Shown: positions 13,428 to 27,458 of the stretch, piece by piece
Numbering within the stretch: position 1 is the first letter of the stretch
Layout: each line of letters starts with the position of its first letter
Assembly (NCBI RefSeq): GCF_006345805.1
Contig: NC_042999.1
Coordinates: 113,088,001 to 113,152,000 of the forward strand
Source of the DNA: Octopus sinensis
Taxonomy: Eukaryota
DNA: 64,000 nt
Direction of reading: 5' to 3'
Notes under the pieces: model-generated
The model's database searches: none
Seen by the model: the letters and a program-made list of their open reading frames with translations, nothing else
Told to the model about the DNA's origin: nothing
Made by a program: the position numbers and the translations under genes

Positions 13428-14031
13428 TGTGTTTGCTCATGTGCGTGGATTATATTGTATACTACGTGTGTGTTTTGTATGGATCATGTACCAAAGGGAA
13501 TGAAATATGTTTGTAGTTACGTATAGATTGTTATATTGCTTAGTGTTGTATGCTTTAAGGTTAGTAATATACACACTATATGTGATGAATGCCGTGTCAG
13601 ATTCCTTGCTTGTTATTCCAATAGATTAACACACATTGAGGCATGCACTGTAGGGATGAGGATCAACTCCATTGAAGAGAGATGGAGGAGGAAGAGACAG
13701 AGTGAGACAGAGTGAGACAGAGAGTGAGTGAGTGAGCTAGTTTTATTTGTAACTCTGCCATCACACTGACACCCCTGTAGTCACATCTATTTTCATTCTG
13801 TGCATTCCTAGCGAATACTAACCTTTTCACCGACCAATTCATTGTCGTGGTTGTCAATCTCCTCCTGCTGATCCGCTTCTTGTACATACTTACGAACAAT
13901 CATACCAAACAAAATATTGATGATAGCTAAATTAGTGCAAATATATCCAATGCAGAAAGTATCAGAAAATGAACTGGAAATAATTACGCTCTGTGTGTGC
14001 ATACATGTGATATTTAGTTAGATAGATAGAT

Positions 14032-14084
<53 letters not shown>

Positions 14085-15946
14085 AGACAGAGAGGAAGAA
14101 GGAAAGAGAGAAGAGAAACAGTATTAGGCAATGACTAATATTATTTTAATTATTCCTGACTCAAATTTTAACTCGTTTATTGTAACTAATTCACAACCCG
14201 GAGCCAATTCCGGATAATGATTCAGTTTCATTCTGACTTCATCTCCGAAGTATAGACCAGTGTTACTCAAAAGGTGGGTAGGTCCGTGAAGATTGAAAAA
14301 GGGCAGACAAATGACTATATTTAATAGAATTAAGATGGTTTCCAACCTTTTAACCGTATCTAACTCCCTGGTGAAGGAAAAACAATTACATAGATGAAGA
14401 TTCTATTTTTTCATTCAATTAAGAAAGAAGGGAAAAGGTGTAAACAATTTCACCAATAGTCTTGTGGTTGGTGTACCTGATATTTGCCAGTTTGACAATC
14501 ATCAGTAGAGCTTCACCGTACTTGCAGAAATATTAATAATAAAAAAAAAACTCTCGAAGCGTATGTTGAAGATTATATACACTGGGTGGGATAGAAGAAT
14601 AGGTTTAGCGAAGGAATTATCCCGAGACCATATTGATTTTATATTAGCTTGCTTGTCTTATAAATTTTATTTTTCATACAATGGGTCTCCTGATCTTTTT
14701 AAAAAGAAATTATTAAAAGATTATGATATTTTCAATCATTTTATAAATATAAAACGGTTGCAAAAAAGTCAACGACAAAGCAACAAGAATTAGATGTGTA
14801 AATGTAACAGCTGTATAAAAGATGACAGAAAATATATGAACAAGGGAGTAAAGGAGCCTATACATTGTTACACAACCAACTAGAAATAGCAGAAATATCA
14901 GCCATATCCCTTCATGTCTTCGTGGAAATATAGAAAGGATACAATGTGTAGTGTAGCCATAGATTAAAAAAAAATAGAACGGTCATGTCTGGGACACATT
15001 TGATCAAAGGTTCAATTAAGGTGACTTGGGTATACCCCACCCCAACAACAACAACATCGAAAAATGCAAGCTTATAATGAAGTTATTTCGTAGTTGCCAT
15101 CGGTTAGCAATTTGTTGGCCTTGATTAATAGTTTATCGTGAAATTTTGTAGTTGAACCTTAGATCAGCCTTGATCAAGCAAACCAATGATCAATGGTGTT
15201 CGCAACCATGATCAAGCCATCATTTTTTCCCAGTGTATTTAGGACTATATTATCTTACGCGTCCTCTCCCGTCTTTTCATCATTTGCTTACCAATGTTAA
15301 ATATTCTTAACGCTTCAATTCTTCGCCATCACGGAAAGAAAGCAACTGGTTTCTTCAGTATATTATTATCTAAAGTGCCTACTTGGGCGTTTCTAAAGAA
15401 TGGAGCCAGAATTTATCTAGTGCGCTAAAAGCCATAATTTCTACGAATGTGTTTAAGTATCGCTGATTGCGGAAATGCTAAAAAAGCAACAAAAAACAAC
15501 AAAACAAAACAAACGTGTTGGTGAGTGAGGGTGGAGTTGTCCATACCTCATTTCCGTGATATTTCTGTTTTGGCTTTACCAAAAAAAAGTTTTTTAGGCT
15601 TGCTTCGCATACTTGTAAAGAATCATAACCTCAGATCTTTAAAACAAATCTGAAAACTTTTTCAAAGCGAGTTAATAAAACAAAAAAACAAAAAAACAAA
15701 AAACAGTAACACGGCAAGAATGTGCGTCTCGCAAAAATAAAAGACCAAAAAAGAAAATTTTTATTTTCGTTTTGCAGATTTATTGTCTATGATGCTTAAA
15801 ACACATTTCTAGGAAATTACAGTTTTTGGCACAGTAGATATTTTCCGACTTTATTATTTAGGAACAGCTATTGCTAGTTTTCTGTTACTTTCCTTCGGGT
15901 ATTTTTTTTCACAAAATACAATCTTGTTAGCAATAGCCGAACTTAG

Positions 15947-16055
<109 letters not shown>

Positions 16056-17204
16056 TGATATAAAGAAAGAGAGAACGAAGAAAGCTGTATGTCACTAGTA
16101 CTTTATTTGTCACTAGTACTCTATTTACTGATCTTGAAAGGATAAAAGGCAAAATTGACTTTACTGGGATTTCAACTCAGAGCGTAGAGAACTGGAAAAT
16201 CTATGGCATGGCATTTTCTATCTAACAGACTCTGCTAATTCGCTATATTTCTCCAGGTAAGAGGGGGAAATTTCAATTAATTCAAGTAATGAAGTTCTGT
16301 TGTTGTTGTTGTTGTTGTACAGCATTCAGAATATCAGACCTCAAGTTATTTATCTAACTTAATATCATTGGTTCCTTTGAGTTATTTCCTATATCTCATT
16401 TTTTCTAATTAAATAAATTCGAAAGCTTCGACTCTAAGGTTTCTTCCCGTAGGGACACAATTGTAAAACACAAGCAATTCACAAACGTGTATAGTATCCA
16501 GCTGTCGTTGCAACCCTTTTTCAATAATGCTTTAGGACTTGCCAGTAAATATTTTTTGCATATTGATGATTTAAACGTTATAATGAAAAGAGTGTTAGGT
16601 ATGGTTAACATAAAATTTAGCTGCTGATCAAAAGATGATGTAAGAAGCTCTCATTGTGTAGATCAAAAACATTCAAACTTTGACTTTTTTTTTCTAGCGA
16701 AATTTGTGATTTTGGATAGGTTCGTATGCGGTGGGAATTTAGTTACGCAGACCAGTACCAGTGCCCTCGGGTTGTTTTACAATTTCTTTTAGGTATAGTT
16801 TATCCGGGACTATCTTATCCTATAATTCCATTCACATTTCTTAAGACAGTAGGGTCTTATTTTGAGAGTTTTTCGGTCGCTGTTTCTAGCAGGTTGTGTG
16901 ACCGCATACAGAGTCCCCTTTGTTCCACATAGGGGTAATTGTTTTTTGTACATATGTATATGCGTCTCTATATGATATTACTAGTAAAAGTGTGTATAGA
17001 TATGAGTGTGTGTTTGAGCGTATATGAATTTGCATGTTCTATTCAACTTAATCGTTAGAAGTTATGTTTGTTATTAAAGGAGTTTATTGTTAACAGCTTG
17101 AGCTTATTAGGTCCTTGTTAACTGTTTGCTGGTAATCGCCAGTAATAGTTTGTTATTAACAACATGTTTAACTGCATGTTGAATTCTTGTATATTGTTAT
17201 ACAT

Positions 17205-17390
17205 TGTTGTTGTTGTTCTCGTGCCTCAGATCAGCTCTCATCAAGTAGATCTCTGATCAAAGATGTTTTCAGCCTTGACCCTCCATTTTTTCCCAAGTAC
17301 AATGTCCCCGGGATTTTATTAACTCTGCTTGTCCTATTTTTAAGATCGTAGGCTATGCACTGAGGTTTTGGCTATTTTTTTAGTCGAACG
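17205..17390 (-). mobile_element. Member of a dispersed (AAC)n-tailed SINE-like family; related copies near 10960-11110, 11230-11370, 15130-15290, 23350-23560, 23595-23770 and 33485-33670, and opposite-orientation copies near 14870-15060 and 24390-24490
   Basis: Shared blocks (gtt)n..gc(t/c)ccaggtc..ctatgatcaaaggcattcc..atgacca..ctacattatcc..gatttgactgctatttct recur at these positions with heavy divergence. Confidence 0.65.
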
Positions 17391-18220
17391 ATTATATATA
17401 AGGCTCATTGAATCAAATTGATACTCGTCGTTAATTTTTGCTAACACCTTGTTGGAAATAGTTTCTTAATTTTTATTAACAGTTCATAATATTTTAGACA
17501 CCGATAATACAAGTACTACTGGTAGTCAATAAAGTAAGTTTCAGGCAAGTACATGTTCGATCTGATTCATTACACCCTCCATCCACCCACATACACCATA
17601 TCTTAAATTTCTGGGTTACTTTAAAAACAATATTTTATGCAGTTTTTTTTTTGCTAGTAATTCTATGGTACTAGTATCTTATTAATAGCCAACTGTTTAA
17701 CTGAAGCTATAAGATGTTTCACTGTTTATAGTTCGGGCTATCATTGATATGATTAAAATTTCAAGTGGACACGATTTCTTTGACTTTAACAAAATGTATA
17801 TCACGATATACTTCTCACCAAGGGCTGATCTCGGCTCTTTAAGAACCACGTGGCGAACACTACAAGATTTAGAGACTAACTTTTGGCGTTCTTACTCTGT
17901 AATTCGACGTTGATTCCAAATTGTTGCTATTTAATTATATTCCATCAATTAAACCTCTGAAGAAAAAAACGCCCCACAAATATCCCAATATTCTACTTTT
18001 ATGTTTCGCATAATTCTTGAGCCTAATCGAAAAGGAATTAATAGTTTTATTATCCCTACGTTCCTAGTAAGCCAAGTCCACAGGACATTGTGAAAAGGAC
18101 AATTAATAGGTAGTTTATTTTCTCATTGAAATATGAAAAATTTTTAATGAATCTTATTTTATATTATGTAATAATCTTTCTTTGATTAAATGTTCTAAAT
18201 AGTTTTTTCATGTCTTTCAG

Positions 18221-21200
18221 ATATTCACCTCTATGGTCTGTACAAGATGACATCAGTGGTAAAAAGACATTTGTTCGTTGGCGATTCGCCACTCACAAAT
18301 GAGTGAAAACACCAACTCAGCTCACATACCCGCTTCACATCGCTTATCACCATCTTGCTTATCACCACCTTCATCCTTGGATAATCTAGTCCACACTACC
18401 TCTGACCCGCACTCATCTTTATGCAGCATTGCTCACACATCATCCGAAACTGCACTCACTATGGGCAATCAACTTAGCGGAGATGGAAGTTTGAAAAGGA
18501 AAAGCAAGAAGAAAAATAAAAACAAAAACGACGACAAAAGCAAAAGTGAAACCACTTCAGTACTAGATGAAACTGCTGTTGGTGCGTTTGGTGGATCATC
18601 TGTCGATGATACCAGTCCCCCCAATAAACGACCGGCCCAGACCAAGTCTCCTCGGCCTGTAAGGTCGACTTATGATAATGTTAATCAACATGGCTCCAAT
18701 TCGAACTTATGCTCAAATTCAGGTCTTTACACTAGTGACCTCTATTTGGACACGGTTAGTCGGCTGGATGTCAGCATGACTACCAGTCAAATGGAAACAA
18801 CTCCGAGAAATGAAAGATCTTATCGGTTTGATACTCAGTTAGCTGATGATGTATCGTTTAGTGAAATATCCTTTAATGAATCGGGTTTCATTACACCAGC
18901 TTTGAGTACACCTCAAGTGAGACGTAACGAATTACAACAAATAACTACCACGACAGACAGCGTCAGCGAATTGGGGAAGGAAATAGAAAGGACTATTTTC
19001 GAAAGATTATCAGCTGACGGGAAGTCGGATGGTAGCAAAGTAAAATCCGCAGAAACTCCTCCTCTTCCTAGTAAGCAGGATGTTGAAGAAAATGTTGGTC
19101 ATGGTGTTGATGAAAAATCAAAACGACTGGAATACATAAATGAAGGAAAGGCACAAACCGAAGAAAAATGTGCTGTCAGTCAAACTGACATGAAAGCGCC
19201 CGAAGAAAACAGTACTGGTCTGTCGACTTGTCAAGAACTTACAACCCCTACTCCTAGTGAAGAAGAGATTTGGTCAAATGAAAACAGTAAAGACAAGGAG
19301 AAATCTTCTGAAATGATCAACAAAGCCGACTGGGAATTGATGGAGAAAGAAAGTAAAATATCAGTTACCGACAATACAACCACCGACACCGAAGAACTGA
19401 TTGAAGTATCCCAGAGAGAAGCTCCTGAGAAAGCAGAACATTCAAAAAAGGAGCCGAATCAGAATTATTCAAGCTCTGATGAAACTCGTCAGAACGATTT
19501 CGAGCAGGTGAAATTACACATTAATGAAGACGTTATGGTCTCACTCAAAGACAGCGATCATGATGCACCTGAAAGAGAGGGTGTTAAAACAGAGCAAAAT
19601 GGGACTGTCGATAAAAATATTTGCCCAGAGACTCCAGAACAAGAGCAAAAGCTAATACCGCCTCCCGATGTTGCTGCAAATCAGAAGGTGGATGCAATTT
19701 TGATGGAGGAACCAGTGCCAAAAAGCGCTGACAATGAAATTAAACAGGTTAAACAGTCAGAAAATCAATGTTTAAATGAGAAAGTAGTCGAAACAAAGAC
19801 GATTACCGATGACAAAGCTCAATTAACTGAAAACTGTGAAGAAAGTATTCTTTCAAATAAAACCGAATACGTATGTGAAGCTGAGAAATGTTCTTTGAAG
19901 AATATCCAAGAAACCGCTGCTGCTGTAATCGCAACGAAACCTTCGATCCCTGACGAAATCTTGACCATCTCCGAAGCTGTCCCAGTTATAAAAAACACAT
20001 CAGTTAAAGAACTGGAACCTGTTTGCGAAAAAATCATAGAGTCTTCAAGTGCTTCTCTTGCAGAACGATCAAAGATTCTAGTTCATCATCCTGTTTTAAG
20101 TAATGACCAAGAAAAGGAAACCGAACAAATCAAGACCAGTTACGATGAGAGCTCGAAAAAGTATATTCATGAACCAGACGTAGAAGCAAACAGTATCAAA
20201 AATGAATCCGATGAACATTCTAAAGACCCGGCTACACAAGAAATAGAAGAAATTCCTCAGGGAGCTATTTTGGAAACCGAAAGTAGTTTAGAATGTTCCG
20301 TCACTCAAACAACTGATACAACTGATGATAAAAAAGAAACCTCAGAAAACGAACAAAATATTTCGAAAACCAAAACGAAAAAAGGACGCAAAAGAAAAAG
20401 AAAGAAAAAATCGAGTTTAGGAAACGAAAGTTCGGCAAATGCTTCTGCGAGTGAGAGCCAAAGTGTTAGCGAAGTGACAGAAATAGAGGATAACTGTGAT
20501 CTAGCTATCTCCAGATCCAGAGGCAGTGATCTCACAAAAGAGGATGAAGAGAACGGTAATGATATAAAATCTGTTGCTAGCACCCCTGATAGTGACAGCC
20601 CCGTATTTCTGCACCAATCCTCTGTCATAGAAAATCCTAATTATTTAAAGGACGAAAGCTCAACATCAGATAAGTCAAACACTGTATCTAGTAGTGAAAT
20701 TCAGAAAAAAGAACAAGCAGATCAGGACATCAATTCAAAACCACATCCTTTTGTAGACGTAAGTTGTTCAGTTGGAGCATTGCATTCAGCCACTGATATT
20801 GTGAGTGATGAATCTACTCCCACGAATGAACGTCAGAATGAAATAAGAGCTTTCTATATTCCAAATAAAGAACAGAAAATTAAGTCAGATTCTTCACATG
20901 GAGAAGGAACCAAAGACGACAATAAACGTTTTAATGACCAAGTAGAAAACGTTCATACTGCCAACGAAAGGACAGAAAAGGAAGATCAAGAACTTGAAGA
21001 TGGAAGTAAAAATATTAATCAACAGAATGTTCAGTGTGAAGATGAAAATGAAACACATCAATGTGAAGATGAAAACGAAAACGTGTTCGATAAAGATGAA
21101 GATGCTACTGTTGCTATTCCACATTGTCGAAATGGGACCAAAAACATTGTTGAAGAAACTGTTAACCCAAGACTATCAACTGCCTCTGAAGAACTCAACG

Positions 21201-22162
21201 AAATTATGGAAAATTCAAATAAAATTGAAAAGAGAAGTGATCAAAATCGGCCACATAGTTACCCTAAAGAAGGTGAAGATCTGCGGGACAGAAATGAAAA
21301 CCACCCAGCGAATTCTCAGGTAAGTTTAGAATCAAATAACTCCAGTAAAAAGAATTCCAAATCTGGTCATAAGTCTCTAACTGACATCGACCACAACTTA
21401 CCGGAAACATTACCTGAACTTGCAGATCTAAAGAACTTTCTCGATTACATCAAACTAGGGGAAGATCAAAAATTATCAGAATCACATTTTCCTTATAAGT
21501 GTGAAACTAATCGCTCATCTCCATCAGAAAACGCGAGTAGTCGGCGTCTTTCACGTATTTCGCCAGCAGTGACCGATAGATCCGTGACCGAATCCGATAT
21601 TGATATTTCAGAACAACGCGATGATATCAGTACAGACAGCAACATCTTCGCCGATGATGAAGATGAATCAGCCTCTGAATTACTTTTCACTAAAACTTAC
21701 ACAGAACCAGACAAAGGGGGAGAAGTGCTGGTCAGTTGTACAGTTGTTAATACAGCTGCTGATGATGACAGTGATGACTTTTGGGCAGAGCATTCGGCGA
21801 GTGAAGAAGTTTACAGACAAATACAAAGTTCTACCAAGGTCGTAACTACAGTTTTTGACAATGCTCGCCTACAAATGCAGGACATTCATACACATTTACA
21901 AAATCTCCGTTTACAAATGGAGAACCTTCAAGAATCATTGGACAATGCCTCTATTTTTAGCCATGAGTACTACCCTGTCGACGATACTCCCGAGTCGTCC
22001 CAAGATTTCTATCCTTTAGACAAAGGATTCATTGTTTCACAAGAATATTTCCCGAAGCACATTGCATCGGTGACAACCGAAGAATATTCTCCTGTGGAGA
22101 TAGGGCCCGTATTAACTGAAGAATATTATTCATCACATTTTGGTAAACCACCATTTTTGTAA
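18221..22162 (+). CDS. Giant coding exon: ~1290-aa acidic Ser/Thr/Glu/Lys-rich, largely disordered protein. First ATG 18299 (MSEN); strong second ATG 18461 (MGNQLS + polybasic); basic cluster KTKTKKGRKRKRKKK (~20366-20410); C-terminal coiled coil and Tyr repeats
   Basis: 3885-bp uninterrupted, non-repetitive frame in AT-rich DNA. Canonical acceptor ttttttcatgtctttcag|18221; stop TAA at 22160-22162; AATAAA at 22291. No family recognised. Confidence 0.9.
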
Positions 22163-22442
22163 TATATATGTATGTACACACATATATGTAATATATATGT
22201 ATGTATGTATACACATACATGCAAACATGCACACACGCATCGTTTTGAAAGAGGTATCGAAGCTTTCATGCACATAATAAGCGGTATCAAAATAAAGATG
22301 ACACAAAAACAGTCTCAAGTGATGTAGACAATACTGAAATGATCATTGCCATGTTTTGTTAAACTATATATCTTAGACTAGGCAGTTTAGGTTTTGTTGT
22401 TCGTTCTTTATACTTGATTGATCACTGTTCTACTCTCTCTAG

Positions 22443-22475
22443 AACCTGAAAACACCTGAACTTGAACTTTAAATG
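22443..22475 (+). other. Putative 33-nt exon ending in TAA-ATG
   Basis: Acceptor ctgttctactctctctag|, donor ATG|GTAAGT; all three frames contain a stop. Confidence 0.55.
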
Positions 22476-23810
22476 GTAAGTTCACGTCAAATAGTTTTTA
22501 TGCGACTCAAGAGTAAAACAAAATAATTATACAAATTACAGCCACGAAGATAATGATGATAATAATGATGAGGATGATGATAGTAATAGTAATGCATGAG
22601 ATAAAAATGATAGTATTATTTAAGACCCAGACTACTAAAAAGGAACACTAAAATAATAGGCAGAAAAATACAAAACGTGGGTTTGTTACATTCGTTTTGC
22701 TAAAACTATACAACGATTATAATGATAAGGAAGGTTATTATGAAGAAAATGGTGGTAATTGTTAGAGAAATGATAATAATGAAGACAATAATCATTACAT
22801 TTTTAGTAATCAAGAACTATTTAAAATCGACTCAAAACTAATTACTTATTCGAAAATTTAGTACGTTAGATTAAGAAGACAAAAACACCTACAATATTGA
22901 TAACGCGATACACTCAAGACGAAATTCAGGGGAGATTTGTATGATTATAGTAAGTAATTTAGAATATAGTAATTTAATATCCGTTTAAGTAGTAAGGCGG
23001 TAGGGTAGGAGAAAGTGAATTAGCATAGCCTTCATTTACGCTATGAAAAGTCAAGGGAAGTAATTATTACTGACAGATTAAAAACAAAATGGTGCAACTG
23101 GGGAAAAACAATTTTGTTACATATTCCAATAATGTGAATACAAATCACTCAGCAATGGAAACTATAAGCAACTATGATATTAACTAACAGACAATGGATT
23201 ACATTTTTATCCTAATTTATTTGTATTTAGGTTTGTTTAGAATGCTTTTGGTTTTCTGAGAATTAGTCACATTTGTAGATTTCTGAGTAGCACATTGACG
23301 ATAGCATCTTGCTAAATACAACTTAGAATTTGTTTTTTTTAGTTCTTCTTTAATCCCCAGGTCACCCCTGATCGCGTGGAACCATGATCAAATTTATTCT
23401 AGTCATGACTATCCTGTATTTTATTCCAAACAAATTATACATACGATTACATTATTCAACGCAATCCTCTCTCTTTTTAAGAGATAAGACGTAATATGAA
23501 GCATATTTGACTGTTATTTTAAGCAAATCGAGCAATCATGTCAAGCTTCTCTTGCTGGCTCACTGCATTCCTTGTTTTTTTTAAGCATTTGGGTATTGTT
23601 GCTTAGCTCCAGGTCGGCTCTGAGTGAGAAAACATATGACCAAAGGCATTGCATCTGTGACCAGTTCATTTTGCATTTCGCGACTTCATTTTTCAGTGTG
23701 TTATGCTTTATTTAAAACAAGATTGTAGTTTGAAATAGATTTGCCTGCTATTTCTACAAGACTCCCTCATTTACTCCATAGAGAATTTCCCGTTATATAT
23801 ATTTCCCCCT

Positions 23811-23877
<67 letters not shown>

Positions 23878-24048
23878 TATATAATACATATTATCACATG
23901 TATATGTATATACAGGCATATGCATAGTGTGTCTGTGTGCGTGTGTGTATATGTGCGTATGTATGAGTGAGAGAGTGTGAGAAAGAGAGAGTGAAAGAGA
24001 GAGAGAAATAAAGCTAGCTAGCTAGATAGATAGATTGATTGATAGATT

Positions 24049-24095
<47 letters not shown>

Positions 24096-25570
24096 TGATA
24101 GAGAGAGAGAGAGGGAGAGGGAGAGAGAGAGAGAGAGAGAAAACGCTTTTCTTAATATGCATATCTATGTTACCATTTAGCATTTAGTAGCAAACATTTT
24201 TGTTCCTGAATGTTTTTCGCATAAGATATTAAAACCAAGGCGAGTACAGTATAAATCAGAATAGTACGAGTCTTATCAAACCGTTGAATATACCCACACA
24301 ATCATTCCTTTTTCACAAAGATGGCTGAGACGAGAAACCAGAGAGCTTCAACGTCATTACTAGACATGCTAGAAATATGAGCCAAATCGTCCTCATATCA
24401 TACCCTATCGTTTTATGACAAGTCATGTTAGATAATTTGGTTTTAATACACTGTGTATTGAAAAAAAGACAGGACGTTCACAGCTGGAAGTTCTTTGATA
24501 GTATGCCTGTTCACTTAGGGCTGGGTTGGAGTGAAACAATTTCAATGTAAGCTTAACTCTTCTTATAATCACCAGCCTAGAAAGACGATCGAACAAGATG
24601 GCTTTTACGTTGCCGTTCGATCTGAAAGGAATAGTTGCTAAGTCACTCCTCCACCAACCACATCCTACTGTCTTATTATAGTGAATAAGAATATATTAGA
24701 TAATATACGTCTTCTACATTGTGCCTCGAAAGGATACAATGGCTGATTAAAAAAGAGAGAAGGAATAATCTGGTTAGAATATCTTTGATCATAGGTTTCT
24801 TCCAATCGTAGTTTATCTGAGTGTAAACAACAAAAACAGCAACAGCAGCAGCAGAAACAACAACAACAATAACAACAATAACAACAACGGTGATAGTAAT
24901 AACAGTTTGTAAAGCAAATAACATTTTAGGGATTAAATCTTCTTGCAAGTTTTCCGAATATAAACTTAAAAACAAAACTAACTAATAAGCTACTATCAAA
25001 ATGCCACCTTCTATGAAATCTTGTTCAGAAATTTGAGATAACTTCTTATTTTTTTTAAAAAAAGAAGATATTCATTGTTTCATATTTTTCACGTGATTGA
25101 TATATTATAAAGGAAATATTTGTCTTTTACTCAGAGTTTCTCATAACCCCATAGCAATATAATTTAGTGCGTGGCCAGCAACGTAAAATGAAGTATCCAC
25201 AGAGACGAACCTGTCATTCTGATTATATGAGTAGGACGTGAATATTAGTTTCCTAATATAATGATTGCTAGGTTTCCTAAATTATAACGAATTTGTTTAG
25301 CCTAAGGAAACTAATACAAACGTACAGTCAACTGAAATATTGTCAGATGACTTCAATGCTTGATGAAAGCGTTTCAATGCAGTAGACTGACAATGCATAA
25401 TTAAAAAAAAATATGAGGTCCCCGTGCTCATTTAAAACTGCATTTTCATCGCAAACACAAGTATTTATTAATGTCTGAGATAAGCTGCAACTAGTAATAT
25501 TGTTACGTTCTCGGACTCTTAACCTCATCTGTATATGGGAAAGGTTTTTGAATATTTACACCAACGTTAA

Positions 25571-26018
25571 AGCGGCGCGCTATCAGAATCGTTGGCACGT
25601 CAGGTAAAATGCTTAGTGACATTTCGTCCGTCTTTACGTTCTGAGTTCAACTGCCGCCGAGGTCGACTTTGCCTTTCATCCTTTCGAGGTTGATAGAATA
25701 GGTACCAATTGAGCACTGGGGTCGATGTAATCGACTTATCCCACCCCGAAATTACTAGCCTTGTGCTAAAATCTGAAACCAATATTTATATTTACATTAA
25801 GGCGGTGAGCTGGCAGAATCATTAGCACGTCGAGCGAAATCCTTAGCGATATTTCGTCCGTTTTTGCGTTCTGAATTCAAATTTCTACGAGGTTCACTTT
25901 GCCTTTCGCCCTTTCGGGGTCGGTAAAATAGGTGTCAGTTGAACACTGGGGTCAATATAATCGACTTAGCCTCTCCCCCAAACTTGTTGAGCCTTGTACC
26001 AAACTCGGAAACTAATAT
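25571..26018 (+). mobile_element. Two head-to-tail SINE family A copies (about 25571-25785 and 25799-26018)
   Basis: Both match the family A consensus from head to the aaaat(c/t)tgaaac(c/t)aatatt tail. Confidence 0.9.
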
Positions 26019-27368
26019 TGGATCTTTGTGGTATTCATCACCGTTTACAATTATCATTAAAAAAATATAATGTATCATATAGATGTAATTTTTGACGCTG
26101 AATCCGAATTTGTTATTCATTTGTTTCAGAAAAATATTATACAAAAATGTTACAGGTGTTCAAAGTTTGAAAATTTTCAGAATTTTCAACCAATCATAAA
26201 ACAGCGTGTTCGCTGCCCCTTCAATCATCAGGAATGAGGTGGGGTGGGGGCATCGGCATGTTAAAACATTAAAATATACACGAATGAAATTAACATTAAA
26301 ATATTCGCGAGCAAATGAAAAAATTAAAACAGCTACGAACAAACAAACCAACAGGAGTTGCTAGAAAAACAGTCAAAACAATGTTTAAAACAGTCATTTA
26401 TTAGTTAAAAATTCAAGAACGAAAGTTTGCAATACACACCCAAACACACACACACACACACAAACATTCACATACCTCCACACACAGAGTTGAAACGCTC
26501 CCACTACCAGTTTGCCACCACCCCTTCCTTCCTTATTCATCTATCACCCCTTCCTTTCTCATTCATATACTGTGACGGAGAAAACACAAGGGTATTATTA
26601 TCGCAGAAGATTATCATTCTCCTTGTGCGCATACGCAACAGCTTTGGTTACTATGGAAACAGAGTTTTTCGCCACGGTGATGTGTAAACTACGCGCCTCT
26701 GATTGGTTTAAATACCCAAATTTTGCAAATTTTAAAGGCTAATAGCCTTTTAATTATGGATTTATAGGAAAAATGAATTTCATTTTCTTAATTATACCAA
26801 ACTTAATCTATGTACCAAATTTGAAAAAAAACTTGGAACAAAATTGTAAACAGTGACGAAAACCACAAAGAACCCCAATATTAACACCTACATTATGTTG
26901 TACACATAGTAATGGTTTGAACTGAAACTAATAATGTTTATATCTAATCTAAGAGTTACAGTATTTTTAATTACATTATCATTGACTCATTAAAACTATT
27001 TATTTCTCGGAGTGTTTGCTACCCCAGAAAGCAAACGTTTGGCCAGTCGAAACCATAAGGGCATTTAGATTCTCAGCTAAAACCAGTTCCTTCAATTTAC
27101 GCTGCAAATAATCTTGAGCTACACAAGAAATTCTCCCAGTCTCATCTTTCTATAATTTTGTAGTCTTTTGTGCATTAGTAAGACATAAGAAATTGATATT
27201 TATTTCTCTAATATACACAACACGTACCAGCATTTTATTTATACCTTGGTTTTACAATATTTATTGACAGAAACGTGTGTGTGTATGTATATAAGAATAT
27301 AAATTTGTAAATATGCATACAAATAAACATGTATATATAACTCAATTTATATTATATATATGTATATA

Positions 27369-27458
<90 letters not shown>

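Noticed and set aside
15420-15830. Highly diverged ~40-bp inverted ends suggesting an old MITE; also a 15-bp inverted pair at 52438-52535
   Set aside because: No TSD and too degenerate to classify by eye.
18461-18490. Naming the large protein from its MGNQ start (for example formin-2- or TACC-like)
   Set aside because: A few N-terminal residues are not evidence of homology, and no FH1/FH2, TACC or other known domain is visible in the window.
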